Shown piece by piece: positions 1 through 9,198 of a stretch of 45,777 bases of DNA. Both the position numbers and the translations under genes were made by a program. Every line of letters starts with the position of its first letter. Position 1 is the first letter of the stretch. The notes beneath the pieces are model-generated. The model had not been told where the DNA came from, searched no databases, and worked only from the letters and a program-made list of their open reading frames with translations. This DNA is from a virus: positions 1-45,777 of IMG/VR virus record IMGVR_UViG_3300044898_000025; one strand, 5' to 3'.

Positions 1-127
1 TCCGTTCGACCTGGCGCAGCCCGTTGATGAGGGTTTTCGGCTTGAGCTTTTTCGTTTTCAGTTCTTTCTTGACCTGAGCGACCGGCTTACCTACGGACGC
101 GGCGTAAGCAGTGATGGCGGCCGGGGT
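1..127. repeat. Terminal direct repeat copy 1 (identical to 45651..45777); circularisation/assembly overlap
   Basis: All 127 nt at the left end recur exactly at the right end. The repeat sits inside one continuous minus-strand reading frame, so it marks a closed circle rather than a biological terminus. Confidence 0.9.
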
Positions 128-3100
128 CGGGGCGCCGGACGAAGTCGTGTAGCTCGGGGCGGAACTTGGAGCCGAGACAGAGCCGCCGCCAACCGTGACC
201 TTGTTCGGCGCGCCTTCCATCAACTGAACGTGATTGTCCTCTGCGCTGGAGCCGCCCTGTGCGGTGCCGAATGGCCGATAGAGGCCGACCGATTCATAGA
301 CCGATTCCGGCACCGCTGCCGCGCTGGCCAAGGTCGGCGCCCCGACCCCAATATCGGAGGCTTTCCCTTCGGTGTGTGGGTCATCAGGAAAGCCTCCGAC
401 TTCTACCGAGTGCTGAGGCGTACGAGCCCCCGAGATGATGTAGACGGGCTTGCCGGTCTTCTTCGAGAGCAGGAGAAGGCGAGCGACGATTTCGGGCTCC
501 TCCCCCTTCTTGACGTTCGCCGGGCCATCGGAGGTCTGGCCGACGACGACGGAGCCGCCCGCGTGGTGGATCGTGCCGGTGGTGCCCTTGCGAACGATTG
601 GCGAGCGAGCCACTCGCTTTGCCAGATGCTCAACGTGGATCGTCTGCGGAGAGGCTTCGACAGATCCGGCTTCCCGAACGGGGATACCGAGCTTCTTGGC
701 GTGAGCTTCGGCTGCCTTCAGTGCTTTACGAACCTGCGCCGGGGCCCCACCGCCCGAGCTGGAGACGCTGATCGTTCCCCCCGTATTAATGGCGCCCGTC
801 CCCCACGCGCTCGGACCTTCGATGTACGAACGAATTTCCTGTTCAGATGCGCCCGACTTTGCCAGATGGGAGATACCGACAATCGAGGACGCGGCCTGGT
901 AGGCATAGTCGCCGCCGATCTTCCCTTCCAGCCATTCAGCCGATGCTTTCGCTGCGGCTTTTGGGGTCGTGTGATTGAAGTAGCTCGACTGGCTAAAGGA
1001 AGTCGGATGCGCGGGGTAGCCGACGCCGAGCCAGTTTTGTTCCCCGGCTTCCCCACCGTTTGAAAATCCACCGCCCTCCTGCTTGACCCATTCGCCCGCG
1101 AGCTTCGGCGGGATTTTCGTGTAGTGGGAGAACCACTCGGCGAATTCTTTTTGATCCTGATGTTCGAAGCCTTCGATGCTCGGGACCGACTTCTTGTCGA
1201 AAAGCGTCTGCGCCGTTTCAAGGCGCTTCTGCACCTGCCGGGTTCGAGGCGTGGTGATCTTGCCTTCGCTGTTGAAGCGGAGCTTCCCGGCTCTCCCGGC
1301 CTGGATGAGTTCTTTGCGCGAAGGCGTGCCGAGCGTCTTCTGATGCAGCGACGCGAGGAGTTTGGGCCGGTGCGCTTCGGCGAGAACTTCGTGATGCTGG
1401 GCCTTGGTCAGCGGCTTCGCCGGACCTTTGTAATCCGCAGCCTGTGCAGGAGCCCCGCCCACGAGAGAGGCAAGAGGGCTAGTGACGGAGCCGAGCACGC
1501 TTCCGACGCCACCCGGGAGGCTGACGCTGGGGAGATGCAGTGATTCGCTCGGCGGCTTGTAGTTCAGCGCTTTCCTGTTACCTGAGCCCCCGAACCCCGA
1601 GGATTCAAACGGGCTCTTGCCGCTGCTTTCGCCGAAGCCCGAGCCTTCAAAGGCGCTTTTGCTCGAGGCCGGTTCTTCGCCCGCTGCCGTATAGCGTTCG
1701 TATTCTTCCTGGCTCTGCTTGGCGAGCGCAGGGCCACCAATCTTGCGGAGCAGCTTTTCCTTTTCCGTCCAGGCTTTCTTGTTGGTCGCCTTGAGCTTGG
1801 CGACGATCTTCTGTCTGTCCTGAATCGTCTTGGTTTCATCACCCTGCGCTTCTGACTGAGCGCTATGCCCGGTGGTGCCGATCCGCTGCTCAATCGTATT
1901 GAGCGCGTTTTCGAGTGCGCCAGCAGACGCGGGACGCGGGGTGTAAGGGTTGACAAATGACGCCCAGTTCTTGTTCGGCTTCAGGATTTCGTAGGCCTTG
2001 GAAGTCGCGCTCTGCGGGTGGGGGCTGAAGCCGTGGAAGCCAACCGAATTCTCAAGCTGCCTGACCGCCGGCGAAAGGGAGGCGGCCTGTTCGGCTGCGT
2101 TCTCCAAGATCCCGAGGAGCCCGTGGCCGGGCAGCTTTTGGTTCGTGAAGGTGTTCGTATTCGTGGCGAGAGAGACGCCGGTGTTGATCCAGGGGTTCGT
2201 CGCGCCGAGGGTTTTCAGCAGGTTGCCTTCGAGGACCGTTTGCCCGACAACGCCGAGTGGAGACATGCGCGAGCCGCTGGGGTTTTCAACGGGTTCATCC
2301 TTGGCATTGCGACGGACCGGGTTGGAGTAGGCCGTGATGCTGTCGAGGGGCGAGCTGTAGGTGACGCCGGTGACGCCCGTTGCTTTCGCCTCGGCCGCCG
2401 CGATTTTCTGGAGTTCGTTGGAGTTGCGCTGGGCGAGGAAGGCCAGCGCCGTGGCGGCGACCGGGTGGTTGACTGGGAAGGTGTGCAGCACCCAGACCGT
2501 CGAGTAGCGAATCCAGGGATAGAAGATGACAAACGGGGCGACGGCTCGCTCAGTTTTGGTGAAGGAGTTCCAGTTACCGCCGATCTTGTTGAGATTGCGC
2601 TGGAGATCGCGAGCGAGGGCGGGGTGTCTGGAGATGTAGTCGAGACGCTGGGCAGCGTTCATGCCTTTGGTGGCGTCGCTGATGACGCGCATTCCCTTGT
2701 CGAGGCCTTTGACCCCGCCGTACCAGTTCTTGAAGCCTTTGCTCGCCCTGACCGTCGCCGCGAACTCGCGCATTTTCGAGGCGTTCCAGCGATCCCATTT
2801 CCCCATCGTCTCGCCGTTGGCGAGTTTCCAAACACCTTGGCCGAAGCCAGAATGCTTGATCGCCCGGGCGGGCGCGTAGGGGTCGGAGTTGGAGAAGGCG
2901 GTGTGCGGGGTGCCCATGACTCCGGCCGAGGAACCGATCATCGCTTTGATGCGAGCCTGGGAGGCCGGGTCCATCTTCTGGATGTCCGACATCGCCTTGA
3001 TCGCCTGCGGGGCGCGGATCAGGGCGCTCGGTCCGAGTGCTGCCGCGATCGGGATGCCGGTGGCGAATAGCTGCGCGAAGACCCAGGCTGGGTCGTTCAG

Positions 3101-6100
3101 CACCAACCGGGAGGGGACGTTGGCGATCGCCCGCAACTTCGAGGGAAGGACACCTTTCAACTGCGAGACCAGCTCGTCCATCCCGGCCGAGCGGATTGCC
3201 GTGTAGGTCAACCCTTTGCCGCCGTTGTGGCCCATGATCTCGTCGCGGAGGTCGGGGTACTTTTCGACCAGCTTGACAATGCCATCCTCGCTCTTGGCCG
3301 AACGGACCTCGTCAATCATTCGCAGGGCATCAGCACTGGAAAGGTCATGGGCGCCGTTCAGCGCGGCCTTCAGGAGCGGGGTCGGGAACCACTCGGTTCC
3401 GGCCGGCATGTGGTGGGTGTCCTCTGCCCACTTGCGCTCGGCCTCGGTGGCGATGTGTTTGTAGGAGCCGTCCGGCATCCGCACCGGGGTCTTCAGGTCG
3501 TTGATGCTCGTATGGATCAGGTCGTTGAGCGCGATCTGAGTTCGGGGGGCGATAGCCGAGGAGTGGAGAACGCTCTCCAGTCGGGCGTCGGCCTCGCCGC
3601 TGCGGGCTATCTCTCCGGTCGAGAAGTGCGTGACGCGGCCAGGGAGGTCGCGCTTGACGCCGCCGCTCGAATGAGAGCCGGGAGCGCGCGGGACCTCGTC
3701 GTGTATGTGGACGGGCTCGAGCAGGCCTAGCTCTTTGTTGGCTGCGCGCTGCTCGTTGACGAAGTCGCGCTTCATCGCCCGGCCTGAACCGGGGAGGCTC
3801 GAGGAGTCGATTTTGCCGGGGTGGCGAGAGAACTTGCTGATCTCCCCGTAGAGCGCCTTGCGCTGCTTCGCCGTGGCGCGCGCCTGTTTGTAGAGGTCGT
3901 CGGCTTGAGCCTGCTCGCCTCGGCCTCTCGCGTCTCTGGCTTCCCGGCGCAGCGTCGACTCACTCGCCTTCAGGTCTTCGTATTTCTGCCAGGCTTCGTC
4001 GCGGTACCACTTGGTGCCATCGGGCTTCTTGCCGAGGATGTCTTCCGCGCGCTTGGTGACCCTCTCGGTGTCCTTGAGAATCGGCGGTTTGCCCTCTTTA
4101 GCCCGCAGATGATTGGCGAAATCGTTCTGGATGCGGAAGGGCTTGGGCTCGTAGTTGCCGGGAAGCTCTTTTGCGAGGCGCTTCTGCCCAGCGCGAAGCT
4201 CATTCGTGAGGTTGTGGTGGCGCTGATCGGCAAGGATCTCGGGCCGCTTCGTTCCCTCGTTGGTGGCGATGCGGTCGTTGATCGTCTTGTCGGGCCGGGT
4301 GATGTCGGCCGGGGCGCCGTGGTAGTCACGCAACTCTTCGAGAAGCTTCACGCCCTTGGGAGAATGCGGGAGGCCGTACTTGGCGAGAACCGGAGCCAGA
4401 GCCTCATAGCTGCGCCCCATGTCCTTGGCGAGCGGCGACATCCCGAAGCCTGCGCCTTCGCCCTTGAGCCGGCCCTTGATCCTGCTGGTAACGCCCGTCG
4501 CGTCAGGCGGCGCGCCGTGGGCGGCCTTGCGGAGGCGGTTCATCTCGATCTGGTTCCAGCCATGCGCGGTCTCTGAAGCACGGGTGGCGTCCAACGCCTG
4601 CTGGGCGCGGTCGTGGTGGGCACCGATGTGTTCGCCGAGGCCACGGAAGACGTAGTGCTCACCCGTCCCCTGGACTGGGACCGGCGGTTTCAGCACGTTC
4701 TTTTCGTGGCGGGAGCCGAGCCTGCCGCGTTCCTTCGGAGCGGTCAGCCCGTCGTTGGCTGCGCCCTCTACTGCGCTAGCGCGTTTGGCAGAGCGGCTGT
4801 TCTCGACCGCGCCTCTGACCTTCCCTCGGGTCGCCGTGTAGAGGTCTGAGCCGTGGAACTGGTGCAGGAGTGCCGGGGCCGGGAGGAGCCAGGAGACCCC
4901 CGATTTCTTCCTGACCGATTCTTCGACCTCTTTGGGATTCCCCGAGAAGAGTTCTTCGCCGAGTTCCTTGGTGCCTCCGGCGAGCGCACCCAGGGTATTG
5001 GTGAGCGGCTTGGTCGAACCCTGCAGCGCCGATTCGATCCCCGCTTCCCCCACTGCCTCTGGGGCGGTGAAGAACGCGGGCAGGGTGCGTCCGGTGGTCT
5101 CGAGCGTTTCGAGGGGGTGATGCCGGAGCGCTTCGCCCGTGCCCACGCCGAGTGCTTCAAGGTTCTTGGCGACCGGGACGTTGCCGCCCCCGGCACGGTT
5201 GACGGTGGCTGCAAGGCTGAGACCCGAGAAGGCTTTCGCCGAGTTCTCGGCGGTGCCGACCGCACCTTTGACTGCCGCTTTCCCGGTCGCCTTCGGGGCG
5301 GCCTTGGCCGCGCCTTTCAGGGCATCGGGGGTGGCTTTCAGGGCATCTTTGATCGCCTGCGGGGTGGCTTTGAGCGCGGCGGGAGCAGCGCGGAGAACGT
5401 CGGCTGCCTCGCTCGGCGCGTGTCGAAGAGCCTTGGCGACCGTGACTCCCGTCTTGCCTGCCTCGATTGCGGCCCTCGTCGCCTCGGGGATTCCCTCGGC
5501 CACCTTGGCCGCCCCCTCTCCCGCCGGGATATTGGAGAGCAACTGAAGTTCCTTGCCGGTTGGCGTGTGGAGGTTGCTGGTCCCTTCGAGATCCCACTTG
5601 AATCGCTGCTTGACCGCTTCAGCGGCGTTCTTGGCTTCCCCCTCGACGAACTTGTCCGCGGCGCCCGCGCCGGGCTGCTGCAAGCGGAGGGTCTTGTAGA
5701 GACCTGCAGCGTCATGGGCGAGCGAATCCAGCGGCGAGGATTCAGAGGCTTCCTGTTCGTGAGCGTGGAGTTTCGCGGCGGCCCGGCCGGCGGACCCCTG
5801 GGGGACGCCAACGTTGTGGGCGAGCTGCCCAGCCTGTTCTGGAGTCAGGCGCAAGCTTCGAGGGGCGGTTCCGAAGAGAGGGGTGTGGCTGAGGCCTTTG
5901 GGACCTTCGAGGGCTTTGGCTCCGGCAGCCGCGTTGCTGATCTTCGCGAGACCCTTGACACCGACGACTTTCCCCTGCGCGTTGGCAGCCTGAACCGCCG
6001 GGTGGTTGAGCAATGACTGTCGGGCTGCTGAGACCTGTTTGGCGGCCTTCGCGACCTTCGCATCTACCGAGGGCGGGGCGAGCGGGGAAGCGCTGGTGGG

Positions 6101-6463
6101 CGCCTTGTAGGCCTTGGTGACGTAGCGGTTGACCAGCTTCGCCTGTCTTGCTTCGGCCTTCTGCTGGCGGACTTCGGCACGAACGGCGGCGGGGTGCGGC
6201 GCGGCAGAGACCGGGACCCCAGCCGTTTGGTAGGCCGTCGCTGGGTATTCGTACCCCGAGGCCGAAGGCTGCTGGATATCGCGGGGACCGATCGGCACAC
6301 CGGGTTGAGGGGTGCGCCCTTCGTGTTCGTGCTGTTCGGCCGCAGACGGCGTGGCCGGTGTGGAGGGATGAGGCGTGTACTCCCCCGGCCCATGCATGAG
6401 CAGCCGGGGATTGAAGGTCGGCTTCGGCCCTTTGACCTTGACTTTGGCTTTCGGGGCGGCCAT
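1..6463 (-). CDS. Giant virion-associated (internal/ejection-type) protein, N-terminal 2154 codons; continues across the junction to the stop at 45532 (total ~2193 aa); C-terminal M15-type zinc peptidase module
   Basis: ATG at 6463..6461 lies 3 nt after the TAG of the upstream gene. Hand translation (MAAPKAKVKVKGPKPTF...) stays open to nt 1. The ORF track has no entry in this minus frame over 6.4 kb because the ORF leaves the window. Nt ~225-460 read KPVYIISGARTPQHSVEVGGFPDDPHTEGKASDIGV...AEDNHVQL (H-x6-D...H). It occupies the T7 gp16-like slot. Confidence 0.85.
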   Translation of the reverse strand, partial: MAAPKAKVKVKGPKPTFNPRLLMHGPGEYTPHPSTPATPSAAEQHEHEGRTPQPGVPIGPRDIQQPSASGYEYPATAYQTAGVPVSAAPHPAAVRAEVRQQKAEARQAKLVNRYVTKAYKAPTSASPLAPPSVDAKVAKAAKQVSAARQSLLNHPAVQAANAQGKVVGVKGLAKISNAAAGAKALEGPKGLSHTPLFGTAPRSLRLTPEQAGQLAHNVGVPQGSAGRAAAKLHAHEQEASESSPLDSLAHDAAGLYKTLRLQQPGAGAADKFVEGEAKNAAEAVKQRFKWDLEGTSNLHTPTGKELQLLSNIPAGEGAAKVAEGIPEATRAAIEAGKTGVTVAKALRHAPSEAADVLRAAPAALKATPQAIKDALKATPDALKGAAKAAPKATGKAAVKGAVGTAENSAKAFSGLSLAATVNRAGGGNVPVAKNLEALGVGTGEALRHHPLETLETTGRTLPAFFTAPEAVGEAGIESALQGSTKPLTNTLGALAGGTKELGEELFSGNPKEVEESVRKKSGVSWLLPAPALLHQFHGSDLYTATRGKVRGAVENSRSAKRASAVEGAANDGLTAPKERGRLGSRHEKNVLKPPVPVQGTGEHYVFRGLGEHIGAHHDRAQQALDATRASETAHGWNQIEMNRLRKAAHGAPPDATGVTSRIKGRLKGEGAGFGMSPLAKDMGRSYEALAPVLAKYGLPHSPKGVKLLEELRDYHGAPADITRPDKTINDRIATNEGTKRPEILADQRHHNLTNELRAGQKRLAKELPGNYEPKPFRIQNDFANHLRAKEGKPPILKDTERVTKRAEDILGKKPDGTKWYRDEAWQKYEDLKASESTLRREARDARGRGEQAQADDLYKQARATAKQRKALYGEISKFSRHPGKIDSSSLPGSGRAMKRDFVNEQRAANKELGLLEPVHIHDEVPRAPGSHSSGGVKRDLPGRVTHFSTGEIARSGEADARLESVLHSSAIAPRTQIALNDLIHTSINDLKTPVRMPDGSYKHIATEAERKWAEDTHHMPAGTEWFPTPLLKAALNGAHDLSSADALRMIDEVRSAKSEDGIVKLVEKYPDLRDEIMGHNGGKGLTYTAIRSAGMDELVSQLKGVLPSKLRAIANVPSRLVLNDPAWVFAQLFATGIPIAAALGPSALIRAPQAIKAMSDIQKMDPASQARIKAMIGSSAGVMGTPHTAFSNSDPYAPARAIKHSGFGQGVWKLANGETMGKWDRWNASKMREFAATVRASKGFKNWYGGVKGLDKGMRVISDATKGMNAAQRLDYISRHPALARDLQRNLNKIGGNWNSFTKTERAVAPFVIFYPWIRYSTVWVLHTFPVNHPVAATALAFLAQRNSNELQKIAAAEAKATGVTGVTYSSPLDSITAYSNPVRRNAKDEPVENPSGSRMSPLGVVGQTVLEGNLLKTLGATNPWINTGVSLATNTNTFTNQKLPGHGLLGILENAAEQAASLSPAVRQLENSVGFHGFSPHPQSATSKAYEILKPNKNWASFVNPYTPRPASAGALENALNTIEQRIGTTGHSAQSEAQGDETKTIQDRQKIVAKLKATNKKAWTEKEKLLRKIGGPALAKQSQEEYERYTAAGEEPASSKSAFEGSGFGESSGKSPFESSGFGGSGNRKALNYKPPSESLHLPSVSLPGGVGSVLGSVTSPLASLVGGAPAQAADYKGPAKPLTKAQHHEVLAEAHRPKLLASLHQKTLGTPSRKELIQAGRAGKLRFNSEGKITTPRTRQVQKRLETAQTLFDKKSVPSIEGFEHQDQKEFAEWFSHYTKIPPKLAGEWVKQEGGGFSNGGEAGEQNWLGVGYPAHPTSFSQSSYFNHTTPKAAAKASAEWLEGKIGGDYAYQAASSIVGISHLAKSGASEQEIRSYIEGPSAWGTGAINTGGTISVSSSGGGAPAQVRKALKAAEAHAKKLGIPVREAGSVEASPQTIHVEHLAKRVARSPIVRKGTTGTIHHAGGSVVVGQTSDGPANVKKGEEPEIVARLLLLSKKTGKPVYIISGARTPQHSVEVGGFPDDPHTEGKASDIGVGAPTLASAAAVPESVYESVGLYRPFGTAQGGSSAEDNHVQLMEGAPNKVTVGGGSVSAPSSAPSYTTSSGAPTPAAITAYAASVGKPVAQVKKELKTKKLKPKTLINGLRQVER

Positions 6464-6466
6464 GAG

Positions 6467-7903
6467 CTACCCGAACGGGTTGACGCCCCCAGAGAGCCTT
6501 TCGCCGTAGCCCTTGTTCCACCAAGCTTTGAGGACTTTGGCGACGACGGTTGGGTTGGCCGAGGCGGTGCTGTTGACTTTGGCGATGTAGGTCTGGAGGA
6601 CTTTGTTGGGCGGGGTGCCCTTCGGAACCTTGCCGAGTTCGGTGACAATCGTCGGGATCAGCGTCTTGACTTCCTTAACTTCTTCGCCGAGCTTTTTCTG
6701 TTGTTTCTGGGCTTCGCCCGACGCCGCGTTGGGGTGTTTGGCTTCCCATTCCGCAAGTCCGAACTTTTTGAGTTCCAGTTCGAACTGACGGTCGGCGTTG
6801 GACTGGTCCTGGGCGTTTTCCCCAGTCTTGGCGGCGGCGGCGGCGTTGGCCTCGGCGGCAGCGGCCTTGGCCGCTTCCTTTTCGGCAGACAGCTTTTCTT
6901 TGTTCCCTGCGACCGCGTCCTTGCCGAGGATGAACTTCTGTTCGTTGCCTCGCAGGCTCAGGAGGTTTTTGGCGAAGTCGGTCCCGAAGGCGGATTTGGC
7001 TTCGCCGAGTTTTTCCCGCAGCCCGTTGATGGACTGGTCGTATCTCTGGTTCGATTCGCCGACTCGGTTGACGGTGTCGCGGTTGATCGCACCGACCGCT
7101 GAGCCACCCTGCATCGCGGCAGAGCCCGCCATCGCCGCTGCCAGCTGATTGCTGTTGGCGGCCTGAGAGGCGGCGAACTGCTGGGCGGCCTGGTTGTCGG
7201 TCGACTGCGCGGCCGTCTGGGCGGCGACCGCCTGCGCTAGGGCTTCTTGGGCTCCGCCCCCGGAGGGTGCGCCGCGCTGGGCAAGCTGGGACTCATAGCT
7301 GCCGAGCGCACCTGACTGCTGGGCTGCCAGTTCGGCGTTGCTGGTCGAGGCGATACCTGCGGCATTGGTCGTCAACTGGGAACCAAGAGCCTGCTGGCGG
7401 GCGATGTTTTCCGCCTCGGATTTGGCGATGTTGCTGTAGACGTCTGAGACGTTCCCCGAGGTCCTGGCCCCCAGTTTCCCGAGACCCGCCGCTTCCTGTT
7501 TTTTTGCTTTTTCGGATTCCCTGACGAGACCCGCGTAGCCGTGGATCTGCGGTTTCGTTTCGGTGACCGCCAGAGCGCGGGCGTATTCGCGCATTTCCTT
7601 CCCCGAGAGGGGTTTGCCGGGTTTGTAGTCTTCAAGGACTTTCCAAGGATGGAAGCCACCCGTGGTCTGGGTCTTGCCCCCTGGAGCCGGAGCAGGCTTC
7701 GGGGGCTTGGTGACCGGCAGACCGGTACCGATGCCCACCTTGGGTTCATTCCCAGTCGCGGGCTGCGGTTTGGTTGCACTGAGAAGCTGGACGCCATCGG
7801 CGGCGGCAGCGCTCAGAGAGCCCTGGCCTCGAGCGGCAATGGCCTGGGCGAGGCGGCCTATGTGGGGGTTGCGGATGCGGTTCCCGCCGAGTCCTTGAGC
7901 CAT
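6467..7903 (-). CDS. Putative internal virion/ejection protein (478 aa)
   Basis: Long ORF that is Ala/Gln/Gly-rich with no TM segment. It lies between the tubular-protein slots and the giant gene. Function is inferred from position only. Confidence 0.6.
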   Translation of the reverse strand: MAQGLGGNRIRNPHIGRLAQAIAARGQGSLSAAAADGVQLLSATKPQPATGNEPKVGIGTGLPVTKPPKPAPAPGGKTQTTGGFHPWKVLEDYKPGKPLSGKEMREYARALAVTETKPQIHGYAGLVRESEKAKKQEAAGLGKLGARTSGNVSDVYSNIAKSEAENIARQQALGSQLTTNAAGIASTSNAELAAQQSGALGSYESQLAQRGAPSGGGAQEALAQAVAAQTAAQSTDNQAAQQFAASQAANSNQLAAAMAGSAAMQGGSAVGAINRDTVNRVGESNQRYDQSINGLREKLGEAKSAFGTDFAKNLLSLRGNEQKFILGKDAVAGNKEKLSAEKEAAKAAAAEANAAAAAKTGENAQDQSNADRQFELELKKFGLAEWEAKHPNAASGEAQKQQKKLGEEVKEVKTLIPTIVTELGKVPKGTPPNKVLQTYIAKVNSTASANPTVVAKVLKAWWNKGYGERLSGGVNPFG

Positions 7904-7906
7904 GCG

Positions 7907-8791
7907 TCACTTCCCCTTCTTGTTCTTTTGGAGGGCTTTCACGAGCGCTTCTTTGGCGGCGGGGCTGAACTTGCTTCCCCAGCCCTTCGGGTTAGCAGCA
8001 GGCTTCGTCGCCCAGGAGGCGGGCGTGTATTCGGGCGAGCCGGTTTCGGCTTCTTTCCCCTGACCTTCGGCGTAGCGCCCGGCGGCGGCGGCGAGCTCGG
8101 CTGCCGCTTCGATGTTGAATCCTTCGACCAGAGCTTTGCGGGCGGTTTCCCGCGCCTGGTCTTCCTGGGACTTCGTCAGGGCTGCGTTGGCGCGTTCCTG
8201 CGTGTAGTCCCTGGTCTGTTCTCCCTCGGTGCGGTCGAGGTAGCCGGAGGAGGAGAGGTTGTGGGAGATCGCGTTTTCGCCGAGGTTCCGTTCCTGAACT
8301 TTGCGGCCCTGAATGGCCTGCTGGAGAGCGGAGCTATAGGACGAGTCCGCAACCGTCTGTTCTTGCAGGTCTTTGGAGTATTCGGTCTGGTCGTTGAAGG
8401 CGAGCTTGGAGAGGTTGGCCCAGTATTCGGCGTCCCTCGGGTCGGGCTGACCATTGGTCGGCGTGTAGGTCGGGATCGCGAAGGGGTTGGTATTGACCGG
8501 AGCGGGAGCCGCCGGCGTTTCGGCTGCTGCTGCCGACGTCGAGCCCGTGACGCCTGAGAAGTTGGTGCTGGCGATTCCAGCGGCGGCCTGTTGGAGAGCC
8601 GCCGAGGGACCGGTTGCAGTCGATTTGGGGGCGGCGGCCCGGATGGCAGTCCCAAACGCCTTGGCCTTGGCTCCTCTCTGCGGGGCGACGATGCGATTAC
8701 CGAGCGCGGCTTTCATCGTCGGGGGCTTCGGGTTCTGGTTGACCTTCGGAATCCCGAGGCGAGGGGTTGACTGTCCGAGCCCGATAGCCAT
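7907..8791 (-). CDS. Putative internal virion protein (294 aa)
   Basis: ORF with a 1-nt start/stop overlap (TGATG) with the upstream gene. Composition is Ala/Gln-rich. Function is inferred from structural-module position only. Confidence 0.55.
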   Translation of the reverse strand: MAIGLGQSTPRLGIPKVNQNPKPPTMKAALGNRIVAPQRGAKAKAFGTAIRAAAPKSTATGPSAALQQAAAGIASTNFSGVTGSTSAAAAETPAAPAPVNTNPFAIPTYTPTNGQPDPRDAEYWANLSKLAFNDQTEYSKDLQEQTVADSSYSSALQQAIQGRKVQERNLGENAISHNLSSSGYLDRTEGEQTRDYTQERANAALTKSQEDQARETARKALVEGFNIEAAAELAAAAGRYAEGQGKEAETGSPEYTPASWATKPAANPKGWGSKFSPAAKEALVKALQKNKKGK

Positions 8792-9180
8792 CAGGCAATC
8801 GCCACCCAGAAGACGTTGATGGTCGCGCTGATCGAAGAGCCGCTGACGGTTCTGGAGACCAATGAGAATTTCGTCGAGCCGGGCGTCGAAGGGGTGACGT
8901 TGTGGTCGGCGTTGAAAGATTCGGCCACCGGAAAGACGACGGTCGGCGTTGCTCCTAGCCCGTGGGTGATTTCTTTGGTGGCGCTCACGTTGCTAGCGGT
9001 GTAGGTGAGCGTCGCGGGTCCCCAGGCGACCTTGTGGGTGCCCGCGATGGCGAGCTTTAGAAACCCCGATTCGTTTTCCTGTTCGGCTCCATGCAGCCGC
9101 AGGTTGAGGGCGTCCACAATCATCTGCGCATCGGGGCGCGTCAGTTCCGCAGGGAGAGCAGGTGGATTTGGGGTCGGCAA
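8791..9180 (-). CDS. Structural-module protein, unknown function (129 aa)
   Basis: ORF in the structural operon with a Ser/Thr/Val-rich, beta-type composition. No motif recognised. Confidence 0.6.
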   Translation of the reverse strand: MPTPNPPALPAELTRPDAQMIVDALNLRLHGAEQENESGFLKLAIAGTHKVAWGPATLTYTASNVSATKEITHGLGATPTVVFPVAESFNADHNVTPSTPGSTKFSLVSRTVSGSSISATINVFWVAIA

Positions 9181-9198
9181 CTCGTTACGCTCCTCTCC

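Noticed and set aside
1-127. The terminal 127-nt repeat as a biological direct terminal repeat or LTR of a mobile element
   Set aside because: It lies in the middle of a continuous coding frame, and the candidate packaging region (HNH, TerS-like gene, terL) is about 23 kb away. An assembly circularisation overlap is the simpler explanation.
1-6463. The giant protein as a siphovirus tape-measure protein
   Set aside because: No major tail, tail-chaperone or distal-tail genes flank it. It is followed directly by the lysis cassette and preceded by adaptor- and nozzle-size genes in T7-like order. This cannot be excluded without profile searches, so it is listed as a refutation route.
230-6648. 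About 40 track ORFs on both strands between 230 and 6648, for example 230..1063 (+), 2018..3070 (+), 4853..6016 (+), 5742..6524 (-) and 6194..7102 (+)
   Set aside because: Their products are Arg/Pro/Gly-rich and low-complexity, which is typical of off-frame or antisense reading of a GC-rich gene. None is in the minus frame that stays open for the whole interval. They are shadows of the giant junction-spanning gene and of the 478-aa gene.
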